Of a DNA stretch of 64,000 nucleotides, positions 23,462 through 37,000 are shown in pieces (position 1 is the stretch's first letter; the number at the start of each line of letters is the position of its first letter). The stretch is from contig JBHGNT010000016.1 in NCBI GenBank assembly GCA_043228905.1, positions 13,764,001-13,828,000 of the forward strand. The letters are read 5' to 3'. The position numbers and the translations under genes were made by a program. The notes beneath the pieces are model-generated. The model worked only from the letters and a program-made list of their open reading frames with translations. It ran no database searches and was not told where the DNA came from. The DNA comes from Azolla caroliniana (taxonomy: Eukaryota; Plantae; Polypodiophyta).

Positions 23462-25113
23462 CTTTGTTCAATTTCACTTGGTGGGATGCTTGGCTTATAA
23501 TAGGTCAGTTGGACCTCACGTCTTCATTACATACCCCAATGTTCAGAATGACCCTAACCTAACAATTACAATGATTCGCCGAGTTTTGATGTGTTGGGGC
23601 CAACCATTCCCCCCTGTTCTATACATTCAATTAGACAATATTGCTAAAGAGAACAAAAATTCAACTATGTTTGGCTATCTAAGTATGTTGGTAAACCAAG
23701 GATTGTTTAGAAAAGTGAAAGTCAATTTTCTTTTGGTTGGCCACACAGATAATCATATAGATAAGATGTTTAGCACATTCTCTAGACAATTGTCTCGACA
23801 TGATGTTTTCACATTACCTAAACTATTTGATGTCATTTGTGATGCATATACACCATGCCCAAAAGTGTTACACTTGAAGGAGGTATATGACTTTAAGAGA
23901 TATATATCAGATGCGGGTGTTGGGAATGTTAAAGTGCTCGCCAAGTTGAACATTATAAGCTTCAATCACATTTTTATGATAAAGAAAAATGAAATAAGTG
24001 GTTCTACGCTTTTGTATGCTAAACAATATTCATCTTCTACAACATGGGAACCTGAAGGTGGTTGCCAGTTATTACTTTGTATACCGAGTACAATTGTCCA
24101 TGGAGCTAAACAAATGCCAATTGAGAAGAAAGGACAGTTGCATAGTGACTTGGTATCGGAACAAAAACAGTTATGGCTCCAAGCCTTAGAAGAGAAAAGA
24201 AAGCATATTGAGGCCGCCTAGAAATATGCCGCACAATAAGACACATCAGGTTGGGATGTATTTTTTAGTGATCAGAGAAGAATTATAGACAGTTGTGTAT
24301 TAGGTGATAATTGGAATTTGGAAACGCCATTCACATGGTCGCTACAACATGATCGTGTAAATAAAACTCCGGAGCAACCAACAAATGCGATTAACGACAA
24401 TTTGGTCCATCCACAACAAAGAGACATTTATGTGGGACCAAGGTTGACAAAAGCAGCCGAAGCTAGATGGCAAGGCAATTTGCAAGAGCTTGCGTCGGGG
24501 ATGTTGATTGCAACGCCGACTGATGAGAACTCACATGGCCACCAATTTTGGGTTGGTAAAATTCTAGAAGTCCTAATGCATGAAATAGAAAACACGATCA
24601 AGTCTATAAACGTTCATTGTTACAACATTAGAAGTGCAAATGCTTATACAGGTAAGTATACATTGGAGATGATTGAATGCCCAACGACAAGGGGAAGTAG
24701 GAAGAGGAAGCGAAACATTCGTAACACATCGACCCTTGATATCTCTGATGTGGATATCATCGTGTACGACTTCATACACAAAATAATGATGATGATGATG
24801 TGGGGCCCGCAAAATAATCTCATGAAGAAACTTAATTTGTTGTATGTACAGGAATTTGGTGGTAATCCGGCAAGATGGTTGATGGGGAAAAAGGAAACAT
24901 AATTGTTGACTTTAGAATCATGAATGTGGAAAGTTGTTCTCTTGAAAAACCAAAGAACGTAGTTGATCGCCTTCTAATCCGAGATGTATAATGTATGATG
25001 TAAGCATTATGACCTTTCTTTATAACTAATGGAAGGATAATTTGTTTTGAGAAAAAAAAGATGAATTGATCATTAATCTAATTAATTTATTGTATAATGA
25101 GTCTCAAATCACT

Positions 25114-25216
25114 TTCCAAAGGGTTAGGTGCACTTTGTTCCTGTATCAATTGGGTCATCTATAGTTCCAAAGGGTTAGGTGCACTTTGTTCATGTATCAA
25201 TTGGGTCATCTATAGT
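25114..25216 (+). repeat. Direct tandem duplication of ~51 bp
   Basis: TTCCAAAGGGTTAGGTGCACTTTGTTC(C/A)TGTATCAATTGGGTCATCTATAG occurs twice. Confidence 0.9.
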
Positions 25217-25671
25217 TGTTAAACACGCGTATTCTACTTTTAGAAATACATTTTAGAATAATCTAAAGTATTCTACACATATTAGAACTGCCATTTTGTA
25301 ACTTTTCACATATTTTAAGAATTTGATGTATACTATCTATTTAGCATGTAACATTTCAAAAATGTTTAAAAACAAATTTAATTATATTTTCTAAATCACT
25401 TTAAAATTTAAGGAGTATTTAACATATTTCACACATTTAGAATATTCTTCGTATTTAAACTATTTCGCAGATATTGGAAGTATTTAACGACGTATTTTAT
25501 TATGTGCTTACTCTAAGTATTTTTTGAAAAAGGTATAGTACTTTGCATACGTATTCTACATGGGTTGTTTCCCATTACCAGAATTCCATGAAAGAAGCGT
25601 CCAAATTTAATAGTGACAGCCAGGATTCAGAGTTATCGTTCTTTAGGATTATCAGTGTTTTTTTCTTTACT

Positions 25672-25814
25672 TTGGGGGAAATAGTTTTGAAGCATCTTGA
25701 CCAGATGATCTGTTAGAATGTCATTCATCCAATGTGTTCTTTTCTATAATTTGGGAGAAATAATTTTGAAGCATCTTGACCAGATGATCTGTTAGAATGT
25801 CATTCATCCAATGT
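25672..25814 (+). promoter_or_regulatory. Duplicated ~64-bp segment in the kinase upstream region, each copy with a W-box (TTGACC)
   Basis: TTTTGAAGCATCTTGACCAGATGATCTGTTAGAATGTCATTCATCCAATGT occurs twice, 140-280 bp upstream of the ATG. The duplication is certain. The regulatory role is inferred. Confidence 0.45.
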
Positions 25815-25953
25815 CTTTATTTGTTTTGGGCCAATGATTTGTACTGCCTGGGAGATAATGTAACTTAGCCCTTCTTCTCCTCCCCAAATATTCATTCGAT
25901 CCGTCTAGACAGACACACACCATTGATTGGGGATGCTTACTCTGCAATCAGCC

Positions 25954-28826
25954 ATGGAAACTAAGCATTCTTCTTCTGCTTCTTCTCATTACTATTGCAC
26001 AGAGACGCTCCTGACATTGATCACCGCCATGGCATGCTTACTACTTGAGGCTTTCCTAATCACAATTATTCCTGTTGCAGCCAACATAACAGTCGAGAAT
26101 TATTACTTCCCCTCCTCGAACTCCGATGGCAATCTCTTCTCTTACTACAGAGACCCAGAATACAGCTCAGACACCTCTGTATACAGCGATTTCCAGATAT
26201 GTAACAATATATCACTTCTGCAAGCTCTGAATAATGAGAAGAGGCTGTACGGACGCGCCACCGACATCTACTCGGCCCACCATGTGGAATACCCTTACAT
26301 TCTCTACTTTCAGCTCTTCTTCGTCATCTCCGCGGCCGAGTTCTGCACAAAAAATAATGCCAGTACCCCGTCTTACTACCTGTCTCTCTTGGCATATAAA
26401 GGCTACGGAAAGGCACAAGACCCGAACAAGGGGCAAGTCGTGTGGACGGCCAATGTGGACAACCCGGTCGGCGAGAACGCATGCCTGGAGCTCAATGCGG
26501 GCGACACCAATCTCAAGCTTGTAGACTACGATAGGAACGGGCCGGATCGCATTGTGTGGCAGACTAATACATTCACCCCTGCCAGTGCATCCCTCACCAT
26601 TACCTTTGAGGGAAACCTGGTCCTCTTCACGAACACTACCGTTACTAATGCCTCCATGTTGACACAAAACATACTGTGGCAATCTTATGAGCATCCCACC
26701 GACACGCTCATGGTTCTGCAAGCTCTTCGGCCCGGGAATAATCTCACAGCATCCAGCGATAGTAACAAAACAGCCAACTACACGCTCATGATTAGGCCTG
26801 CTGGAAATGTTTCCCTCCATGTGAAGATCGGGTATCAATCCCTCTATAGCCATACATCTAATAATAGTACTGTAAATCACACCGGCTATGAATATCCTTA
26901 TTGGGTTTGGACTCCTAATGACATGTCCATCGGAGATACTGTGGTGCTGTGCTGGTACCTGAGCATCAAAAGCCGTCTCCAATTGGATATCCTTCCATCC
27001 GCGAATGGGTTAGTTAATAATGAATAATAATGAGTTTTGGAATGTGCACCATATAATTATCTACATGAATTGTTGACACATGTTTCCAATTCGCAATATA
27101 TATATATATATATAGATCCCTAGTTTCAAACTACACCCAAATCTCTCCGGATGATTGCCGTTCCCAATCTCAACAATCGAAAGCATTTGTATTCAAGGAT
27201 GAAGGAAGTGAGGATGAAGCCAATAGCTTGAACCCAAGGATGATTTCTGCAGAAAACTGCAAGGAGAGTTGTAAGAACCTTTGCTCTTGCACGGCCGCAT
27301 TCTGGGAGTCAGCATCATCAGGTGGTTCTTGCTTCCTCATCCAAGGTCCTGTTGCCACCATTATAGTAGTGAATGCTTCTGCAAGTAAAGAATTTCAGGG
27401 ATTTTTGAAACTCATAGACATCTCTACTCCAACCTCACACCCATCTCCATTCATCCGGATCGTAGTCGCCGTATTAGGCATCATCATAGTTATGGCCATA
27501 CTGGTGGCTGGATATCTGTACAGGAGAAGAAGACTAAAAGCCAGGAAACTTGAAGATCATAACAACATGGAAGCTGAGCTCCTGGGTGCCTCGCTTCAAG
27601 GGTCCAAGCCCCGCCGGTTCACATGGAAAGAGATGGATGAAAACACGTGTGGCTTCTCAGACCAGCTGGGGCGTGGTGGCTTTGGCAAAGTCTTCCGGGG
27701 GACTATGGCCGATGGCACGCCCATAGCCGTGAAGGAACTCAATAATGAAGGCCACCAGGGTAACAAACAGTTCATTGCCGAGGTCTCGATTCTCGGCCGG
27801 ACTCACCACCTTCACCTTGTTCGCTTGATCGGCTTCTGTCTCGAAGGTACCATGCACAAGCTCCTCGTATATGAGTACATGGAAAATGGATCCTTGGATG
27901 CTTGGATCTTCAGTAAGACCCCCAAAGATAGGTCAGAGAGCGGCGAGATTAAGGAGAACAACCGGCGGCCCGTCTTGACTTGGGAGAGGCGATTCGACAT
28001 TGCCTTGGGTACTGCCAAAGGATTGGCATACTTGCATGAAGAGTGTGAGGACAGGGTCATACATATGGATCTCAAGCCGGAGAACATACTGCTAGGACCT
28101 GATTTCTTCCCAAAGATTTCCGATTTTGGGTTGTCCCGAAGAGTAGTAAGGGGGAAAGAGAGCGCGGTCATGACCATGGCGCAGGGGACCTTGGGATACT
28201 TGGCACCCGAGTGGCTAACCGAGGGGGGGGTGACTGTGAAATGCGATGTCTACAGTTACGGGATTGTGCTCCTAGAGATCGTGAACGGGAGAAAAGTGAC
28301 AGATTGGAGAGCATTGAGGCATACGCTGGACATGAGCCGGAATCTGTGCGAGGGAGTAATGGAGCTCGTGGACGAGCGGCTCATGAGCTATGGCGTGGGT
28401 GGGGCGAAGAAGAAGATGTACGATGAGAAGCAAGCCGTGAGGATGGTGGAGGTAGCCATGATGTGCGTGCGAACCGATCCTGGGACCCGGCCGAGCATGA
28501 GCAGAGTGGTGGACATGTTGGGAGGGAAGGTGGAGACTATAGCCCTGCATGATGCCCCCATTAGTGAGGATTATCAAGAGATAGGGCTTTTAATTCCTAG
28601 CAGGAAGATGAAGGATGGAGTAGAGCTAGAGCAAGAACAGTACAGGCATCATTTCTCCAAAATTCAATGGCCCAATGAGTCTTGGGGTTCCGGATCCGGC
28701 ACCACCTCCACTACTACGATGGGCAGGACGAGGAAATCGATATTCAGTGGCAAGACATCGTACAAGTATATGGAGATCTCGAAGTCTGAGGAATACATGA
28801 ATTCACTACATCTGGGTCATACATAG
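25954..28826 (+). CDS. G-type lectin S-domain receptor-like Ser/Thr kinase (SD2-like, non-RD); exons 25954-27008 and 27116-28826, ~921 aa
   Basis: Hydrophobic N-terminus. B-lectin motifs VVWTANVDNPV, IVWQTNT, GNLVL and LWQSYEHPTDTL. PAN domain CKESCKNLCSCTAAFW. Transmembrane IVVAVLGIIIVMAILVAGYLY-RRRR. Kinase motifs GRGGFG, AVKEL, IHMDLKPENILL, DFG and GTLGYLAPE. The 107-bp intron GTTAGT...ATAG joins the two ORFs in frame (GG|A). An alternative ATG lies at 25933. Confidence 0.92.
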
Positions 28827-29108
28827 AGAATGAGCAAACATTAAGATATAAAAACATGAGTGTCATTATATTCATGGGCCATTCAATAAGAAATCTACTC
28901 TGGCAGGGTTCCACTCGCGCCATTCGCTAATCTCTTTCTTTCGTAGCTTCTCTTCCATAATGTTATAATAAACATATGTCCCGACATTGATGACCCCGCA
29001 AATGCACTTGACGTACAAACTTGGAAGTGGTGTGATTTAAAGGCTCGATTGGAACTCTTGCTTCATATGGAGGACACATTTAAGCATGTTAGAACATTAT
29101 TAATGTAA

Positions 29109-29152
<44 letters not shown>

Positions 29153-29239
29153 TAGGATATTAGAAAATACTTTGCCGTGAAGGTTCACATGTAACTATTT
29201 TATTTCAAGAGCCATGAAGGTTCACATGTAATTGTTTTT

Positions 29240-30215
29240 CTTTTCCCAAAATGACGATACTTTCCCATTAGTTAGGAAGGATTATTACGAAGAGACTCTA
29301 CAAGGAGGCTGATACATAGATTGGGGAATCTCCCTCCGATCAGGCTCAAGAAAATGAGACTAGTTACATCACCTTTCAGACTGACTACTTAATGTCATAT
29401 AGCACTCCACGATGCCTATAGCACTCCACGATGTTGTTCCTTCCACTTCACATGCCGCAAGGAGCCTAGTCACTCTATCGCATACCTTTTGAACTTGAGG
29501 GCAATCCCACAGACAAAGTGGGCAGCCTAACGGGCCGTGACGTTTACCTAGCCATTAACCAATGGGAATAACATTATGACCGATTTACCACCAAAAAAAC
29601 TTTATCTTTTTCGGCATGTGGAGACGCCAAAGACCCTTCCAAAAGGTAATGAGCACCTCATCAGGGATGCTCAATGCACGCCAGCCATTGCGTAAGGGAC
29701 CATCTAGCTGTAGTTGAAAAGTCCGGCCCAGTTTAGTGTTGTACTCGAAGAAATGACAAAATCTGCCATCATGTTTCCACCTGAAATCCCCTGGGTCCCA
29801 TTCTAGTTCGACGAGGGGACGACAACCATATACCCATAACTTCCAATGGGGTTCCACCTTAGCAACATTTGGGTCTGTCTTCCAGATGTTACCAACCTGC
29901 GCTACCACGCGGATTGGGTGCCAAGAGCCCCTACTCTGACTCTCACCAAAAATTGTATCTCTTCCCGATCCGCTCACGCCCTTCAACAACTTAACCCTTC
30001 CAGCCTCATCAAAGAGACCAAACCAAGCATCTTCTCTAACGTCCCCCATCGGAACCCTATCAACTGCGCCAACTATCAATCTCCGCATTTTCATCGGAGC
30101 ACTGTTTGCGCCAGCTTTCCCCATGCTAGGCCCTTTAAGCTGCCCTAACATCATGTCGTCACTTGTTCGCACCTGAGGGTTCCAAAATAATGGTTGTCTA
30201 GACCACTCGATTAGT
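29240..30215 (-). mobile_element. 5'-truncated LINE (ORF2 C-terminal zf-RVT region and 3' end)
   Basis: QPLFWNP ... FWKGLWRLHMPKKIKFFWW. Flanked by copies of the CATG(T/A)..TTGTTTT motif. Confidence 0.78.
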
Positions 30216-30444
30216 AGACATGTGATTGTTTTATTTAATGAAACATGAAGGTTCATGTGTGATTGTTTTCCCAAGATTGTACTTGTATATATACCATCAA
30301 TAAGAATCATCATGTTAGGGCGTTTTTATACATACAAGCTTATGAGAACAAGTTCTAGAATAAAAAATCAAGTGCCCTTAGTATTGTTAGCTTTTTCGCA
30401 AATTATTTATTCCACATTGTTGAGGTAGGTGATTTGGGAGCTAT

Positions 30445-32620
30445 TGTTGAGAATCAAGCTCAACTTGGTCTAGTGTGTGAACTCACCTTAAGAGTGAAGA
30501 GACACTCCAACAGTCAAGAGTCACCATTATGTCACCACTTTGTATTCTAGCATTTAGTATGAGTCATAGAATCATATTCTATGACCCATAACTTATGAGC
30601 TTTCACATTCCCCATGCTCCATGAGACTTGTAGTTAATGAAGAGAGAGGGTGACTACATAAAGCACTCTCCTCCCATCTTGTAAAGTGTTGAGTCTTTCT
30701 CCTTTGTCAAATATACTTTTTACCTTGCGTATTCTCTGTGTTTCACTCACTCACTCACTCTCTCTCTATCTCTCTCTCTCTCTCTCTCTTACACACACAC
30801 ATAACTCACATCTCTTTCGCTTCACAAGAATCCATCTCTTGATTCTTTACATGGTATTGAATGCTACACTAGACCTCGCCTTTAAGGAACTCAAGGACCT
30901 GGTTTGCAAGGCTCCTTCACTTCTTTTACCCGATCCTTCAAAACCTTTTGAGGTTGAAATTGATGCAAGCGATTATGCTATAGGTGTTGTCTTACATCAA
31001 GATGGTAAACCAATAACATTCGAGAGTAAGAAACTTGATTCTGCTCAATGTCGGTATACCGTTCAAGAAAAGGAATTATTTGCAGTTATACATGCGCTCA
31101 AAACATGGCGCCATTATCTTTATGGAAATTGCTTTGTGGTAACTACAGACCACGAGTCCTTGAAATATTTTTGTGACCAACAAGACCTAAAAGGTCGTAA
31201 GGCACGATGTGCTGATCTCATCCAGAACTTTGAATTTTCCATACGATATCGTAAAGGTTCCATGAACACTGACGCTGATGCACTAAGTCGCATTCGTGAA
31301 GTCAACATGCATAGCTTCACTGAAATAACATCAGATCTTTATGATCACCTTCGAGGAAAGTATCCTGATGACAGTTATTTTGCAAAATACTGAGCAAGAG
31401 TTGAGTCTGGAACATACACCACCACATCCTCGAAGGAATACTTCCACATTGCTAACGGTTTGCTCTACCGTAACGGGAAGGTTTGTGTTCCAGATTTACC
31501 CGAGGTCAAAAAGAGGATTCTTTTTGAATGCCATGATGCACCGTCAACAGGGCACCCTGTAATACATCGTACACTTGTTCTCATCTCCACTCAATTTTAT
31601 TGGCCTAAGATGCGTCCTGACATACATAGTTATGTGACTAAATGTCACCAGTGTTAGGTTAACAAAGCCGAGCGACTTAAAGCCGCATGACTTTTACATC
31701 CCTAGGACATTCCCAATAATAAGTGGGAAAGTATATCCATGGATTTTATTGTTAGCCTTCCTCGCACCCAAAAAGGTCATGATGCCATCTGGGTTGTCGT
31801 TGATCGACTAACTAAAATGGCCAGATTTATTGCTACTAAAACTACGGTAACAACTCCTAAATTGGCTTACCAATTCATTGACGAATTATTTTGTTTTTAT
31901 GGGTTACCGATGGATATTGTGAGTGATCGAGATCCAAAGTTTACTAGTGACTTTTGGACGCAAGTCTTTAAGAAGTTAGAAACTACGTTGAGCATAAGCC
32001 TCACAATTCTAAGACATTGTCTATGGGTAAGTGCGTTAAGGTAGCCCCACGGTTTTGTGGACCTTTTACAGTCCTCAAACGCATTGGGTCATCAGCCTAT
32101 CGTCTCACTCTTCCCGATGGTGTTGGAATTCATCCAGTCTTCCATGTGAGTCATCTAAAAGAACTTCTAGGTTCTGGCGACAATACAGTCACAATTGAAA
32201 CTCTGGCGTGGTGAGAATTTACCGTAGTATTCTATACACGTGGATAAGTGTGAGGGTTAAACGAGAGTGTAAAGAAGGGGAGGATTACTTTTAATCCTCG
32301 GGATTGAGACAACCCATTAGGTCAAGTGTGAACTTGCTTGGGAGCCTTGGGTATCGTTATAAATAAGAGGCCTAGCTACCCTCATTTGATCATCTTTTGA
32401 CTACATCGAGACTCTGCTCTTGTGGTGGGTCAACTCTTGTAGTGAGCGTGCCAGCACCAGGTACGACTCGACGCCACGGTGGTGGTATGGGACGCCGATT
32501 GAGGCTCGAGTCCGTCTCGATCCCTTCGCTCGGGGGTGGTCGGGTGGATCGACACCCTTCTTTCTCTTTCTCCTTTCTATCTATCATTTGTTTATCCTTA
32601 TCTTAAGCTTACTTTAGTAC
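30445..32620 (+). mobile_element. Internally deleted chromovirus-type Ty3/gypsy element (LTR, PBS-Met remnant, RNase H, integrase)
   Basis: LTR-like sequence ends TTACA at 30851, followed by TGGTAT. Motifs FEVEIDASDYAIG, ELFAVIHALKTWRHYL, ECHDAPSTGH, MDFIVSLP, SDRDPKF, GPFTVL and IHPVFHVSHLK. Boundaries are approximate. Confidence 0.82.
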
Positions 32621-34039
32621 CTAGATCTCGAATAGTCCGGCACTCTTATCTTTCTTTAAGTGTCAACAGTCCTTCTGGAAGTGTCCAGGCTTTCCACAAT
32701 AAAAGCACACGGGCTTAACTTTGGACTTCGATCTGGCGTGGGATTTGTCCATTCGTTGCAGACTTCTTCTTTGCCGATCTCTTCCTCTGTCCATATGTTG
32801 AGTCAGATTCGACTCCGATTGGGACAAGACTCCTTTGTCTTTCCTCCTTGCCTCCTCATTTAGGATGCTTGTCTTCACCGTTTGTAAAGAAAAGTTCTCT
32901 TCATGACAGGAGGTGCTGAGAGTAACCACCAGGTTCTCCCAGTTGTCCGGCAGTGTGCACATCAGCAGGATGGCCTGCATTGCATCATCCAAGGGAAACT
33001 TGGTTGCAGCAAGTTGATTTACATACCCCATGAATGTGTTGATGTGTTCAACGATGCTCTTGCCATCTCTGTATTTCAGCCGTATGATTTTTCTCATCAA
33101 CGAGGTTTTATTGAGCGCGTTCTTCCTCTCATACAAGCCCACCAACTTCTGCCACATTTCGGGGGCATTTGTGTTATTCGCCACATACTCAAGGACACTT
33201 ACGTCGACGCACTGTCGGATAGTGGTCACTGCCTTTCTGTTTAGAAGTTTCCAATCTGACTCCAATACCACCTTGGGTATGTCTGCTCTATCGATTGGCT
33301 TGTATAGGCCTTTCACGATGAGGAGGTCTTCCATCTTTATCTTCCAGTTTGCATAAGTTCTGTGAGTTTAGACCTATCATACCTAGGAAACCGCTCACAC
33401 CTCCTTCCATGCTTGCACCTCAAGCTCTAATAATAGTTTGTTAAGAAATCGTTCAGTTGAATCACAATAAACGAACTGTGCTGAAATACGAATCACAGAT
33501 ATGACAAAAAACAAGACAACAATGGTGCACAGAGATTTAACTTGGAAACCCTAAAACGGGAGAAACCATGGGAACAGAACTTCACTATGTATAGTGGATA
33601 TACAACACATAATGTTACAACACTCCTTCGAGTATATCAGCCATGTAGGGCTCTTGGCGTCTGCTGTTACGCACACAGCTATGGCGCTGCTCTCTCTCAC
33701 TCTCTGTCTCCCACGCTCTCATACTACTTTTGTTCAACACACACTCACACTCGTTTTGCCCTAAGTGTATTTATACTTACACACTATATGGGCTATTTAC
33801 AAATGTAGCCTCTGCTACGTATCATTATTATTATTGCTATAATAATAATAATCGAACTATCAAACAGTCGACTCACTGTTTTCGACTCTTCGACTGTCGG
33901 CTTTCCGAACAGTCGGATCTTCCTTGTCTTCGACGGTCGGCACTCCTTGGTGTGATCAGTCGGCTCCTCGTAGTCATCGACTGTCAACAACTTCTGGATA
34001 GTCGGTTCCTCCTCCCACTGGAGGGACATATTCCCAACA
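32620..34039 (-). mobile_element. 5' part of a Ty1/copia element (LTR 33439-34039, decayed PBS, gag)
   Basis: Gag NWKIKMEDLLIVKGLY...CFYCGKPGHFQKDC, ATG at 33410. LTR TGTTAAG...CCCAACA is inserted into the integrase of the adjacent gypsy element. Confidence 0.88.
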
Positions 34040-37000
34040 CATTGGCATGCGGATAATACGGCGTGCTTTTCTTATGAAGTATGGCGTAATGCTCAGTGAG
34101 ATCACGGATTATCGTATTGAGGAAATGGCTTCCTTGGTCACCGATAAGCTTGATAGGGCAACCAAAACCGCACCAAATGTGCTCATATAAGAATTTATCC
34201 GTGGAAGCCGCGGCGTTTTCTCTTAATGCTTTGGCCTCGACCCATTTCGTACAATAGTCTGTGGCCACTAGGATGTATTTATTACTTGTTCGTGTCACAA
34301 CTAGAGTAAATGGTCCGATGAAATCAAGACCCCATTTCTGGAATGGCTCTAGTGGTAGCACTGGTTGGCGGGGCATCCGCGTTAATTTTTTAGGTTGGCC
34401 CATTCGCTGACAGAGGTCACATTCTTTGCAATACGTGTGTGCATCCTTTTGTGTCGTCGGCCACTAGAGACCTCCTTGCCAGATCTTCCATGCAGTTTCC
34501 TCCTCCGCGTAGTGACCCCCTACTATGCCGCAGTGAGTCTCCCGTAATACCGCGTTCTTTTCGTCCTGGCGTACACACCTATGCCAAATACTGTCGTTGC
34601 CCTTCTGGTACAATATTCCTTCTAGCAGACAGAAGTTTCGGCTTCTGACCACCAATCGTATCTTTTCATCTGTACATAGGCATGGAGGTGCAGCCTCGTA
34701 CTTAGGAAATAAGACATTTCCTACATTTATTTGTCCAGGGGGCACTTGCCTTCGTCTTCAACGTTTGCCGAAATACGTAGGATTCCAATGTCCGGAAAGT
34801 CATCGTGCCCTTCTACCACTTCTTCTCCATTTTCGATTTGGCTAAGATAATCTAGTACTGCATGCTGGGTCTGTGGCCGATGCTGAATCTTAAACTCAAA
34901 TTCTTGCAAGAGCAGCATCCACCGGGCCAATTTTCCGGTCAGTGATTGTTTTGAGACGAGGTACAACAATGCTGCATGATCAACGTGAAAGGTGAATTTT
35001 CGACCTAGTAGATAATGCCAAAATTTGTTGATACTGTATGTCATCCCTAAGGCTTCGCGTTCTATCGTTGAATAGTTCCGTTCGGCGTCTGTTAATTTGC
35101 GACTGGAATAATATACTGGTCAATACCAATTTGGCTCGTTGAGTTGCATGAGAGCGCTTCTGATGGCTATGTCAAATGTATCTATGAACACGTGAAATGG
35201 TTTTGACCAAACTGGAGGTTGTACGACTCGTGCCTGTGTAAGCATTACTTTTAGTGCTTCATATGCCTTGTCTTCCATCACCGTCCATTGGAAGGGGGTG
35301 TGATGTACTGCTGCCTATAAAGGCGTAGCGAAATCCGTCAGATAGCGGAGCATGCGGCTGTGCCAACGAATCTACCCCAAGAAGCGGTTAAAAGCCTTTG
35401 CGTTGCGTGGACCAACGCATCCACAATGGCTTTATTTTTCCCTGGATCCATTGCGATACCGTCTTTGCTCACTATGTGGCCGGGCAAGGCCCCGCTTGTG
35501 ACACCGAACGCGCATTTGGCAGGATTGAGACTGAGTTGTGCTGAATGGCATCACTCTAAGCATAGTCATAGATGTCCTAAATGATCCACTTGTGTCCCAT
35601 AAACCGCAAAGTCATCGAGAAAAACCTGCATCAATGTGAGGATGAATTCGCCAAAAATTTCGATGATGATGCGTTGGAACATTGCTGGGACGGTTTTTAA
35701 TCCGAACATCATTACTACGGCCATGAAAACACCCTAGTCTATTACGAAGGCGGTTTTCTCCTAGTCATCTAGTTGCATACGTATCTGCTTGTACCCGCTA
35801 AACCCATCCAAGAAATTGTATATTTCGTGGCCCGTGACGGCGACGAGTATGCTAGTCATAAACGGCAATGGAAAGGCGTTTGTGATCATAACTACATTTA
35901 ATTTGCGATAGACGACGTAAACTTGAATTTTGCCATTTTTCTTCGGTACGACCACGATCGGGCTAAGCCATGTGGCTCGTTTTACTAGTCAAATAAACCC
36001 GATTTTTAAAAGTTTATCGAGCTCTTCCTTTATGCGTGCCGCGTAATTCGGGTTCATGCAGTAGCGTGTTGCTGAACTGGTTTCGCGTCTGTTGCCAGAT
36101 TGATCTGATGTTGGTAAAACTTTGGGTTCAGTCCCTTCATATTGCAGTGTGACCACACGAATACGTCTTTATATTCTCACAATAGGTCAATCATTGCTAC
36201 CTTTTCGTCAAGTGTCAAGTCCTTCGCTATGGACAACAGTCGTGGTGCCTCGATCGTCCCTACATCGATTTCCTCCATGATCGACGTTGTGACTCGTCGA
36301 GAAATCTTTATTTCTCGATCAAACGCATCACACATCCTACTTACTTCTAGCACTGATTCCAGATCCGGTTCGTATTTCTCCCCATTTGGTGTAGCAGAGG
36401 TGATGTAACCGTTCGTCATCTCAAGGAATTCTATCTCGAACAAGGTACGATTCGTGGATTCTCGTCTAGGTATTCCTCCAGTTTCATTTCATCTAGCCCT
36501 TCCAGCATGTTGACCTCTTCCGCATATAGTGGCGTTATCGCTTTTATGGGTGATGCAATCTCCTGCGTTGGCACCCGAACCATGGCTCGGCCCCGTCGGA
36601 AGCTAATGCAGTTGTACTGCCAGTTCTGCTTGATATTGGCTCAACGTAACCATGGGCATCCTAACAAGATGGCATACGCCCTCAGAGCGTCGAGAGCCAG
36701 AACCAAGGCTACAATTTCAAAGGTATGGTTGCCGATCACAACATTTAATTTCCGGACCAACCCTAAGGATCTGACAAAATGGGTATCCGCCATACATAGC
36801 TAGAATGGGCATGCTTCCCACTCCGTAATGCCGAGACGTCTACACATGGAATGCCGAGACGTCTACACATGGTCTTACTGATGACAAATTGGTTCTCTAC
36901 TGCATTGACGGCTAGACATCCATTCCTTGATGTTCGACTATGAGGATCACAGATCATCAGGCATGCCAAAAGTGTTACCAGCTAGGGTTATCACGGCCTA

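Larger units (their letters stand above)
18071..24902 (+). pseudogene. Sola-like (DUF7869-type) DDD transposase, interrupted by a nested LTR insertion at 19249-23461
   Basis: Motifs GHYSIC..FK, LMIDGMDQ, LYIQLDNIAKENKN and FLLVGHTDNHIDKMFS. Removing the insertion restores ..NDECL|VQFHLVGCL in frame. Several stops and frameshifts. N-terminal 36-bp repeat (EEYCLSTDSPFS). Confidence 0.78.

Noticed and set aside
11389-25126. TAACCC...GGGTTA as TIRs of one large DNA transposon
   Set aside because: The match is only ~6-7 bp, there is no TSD, and unrelated elements lie between.
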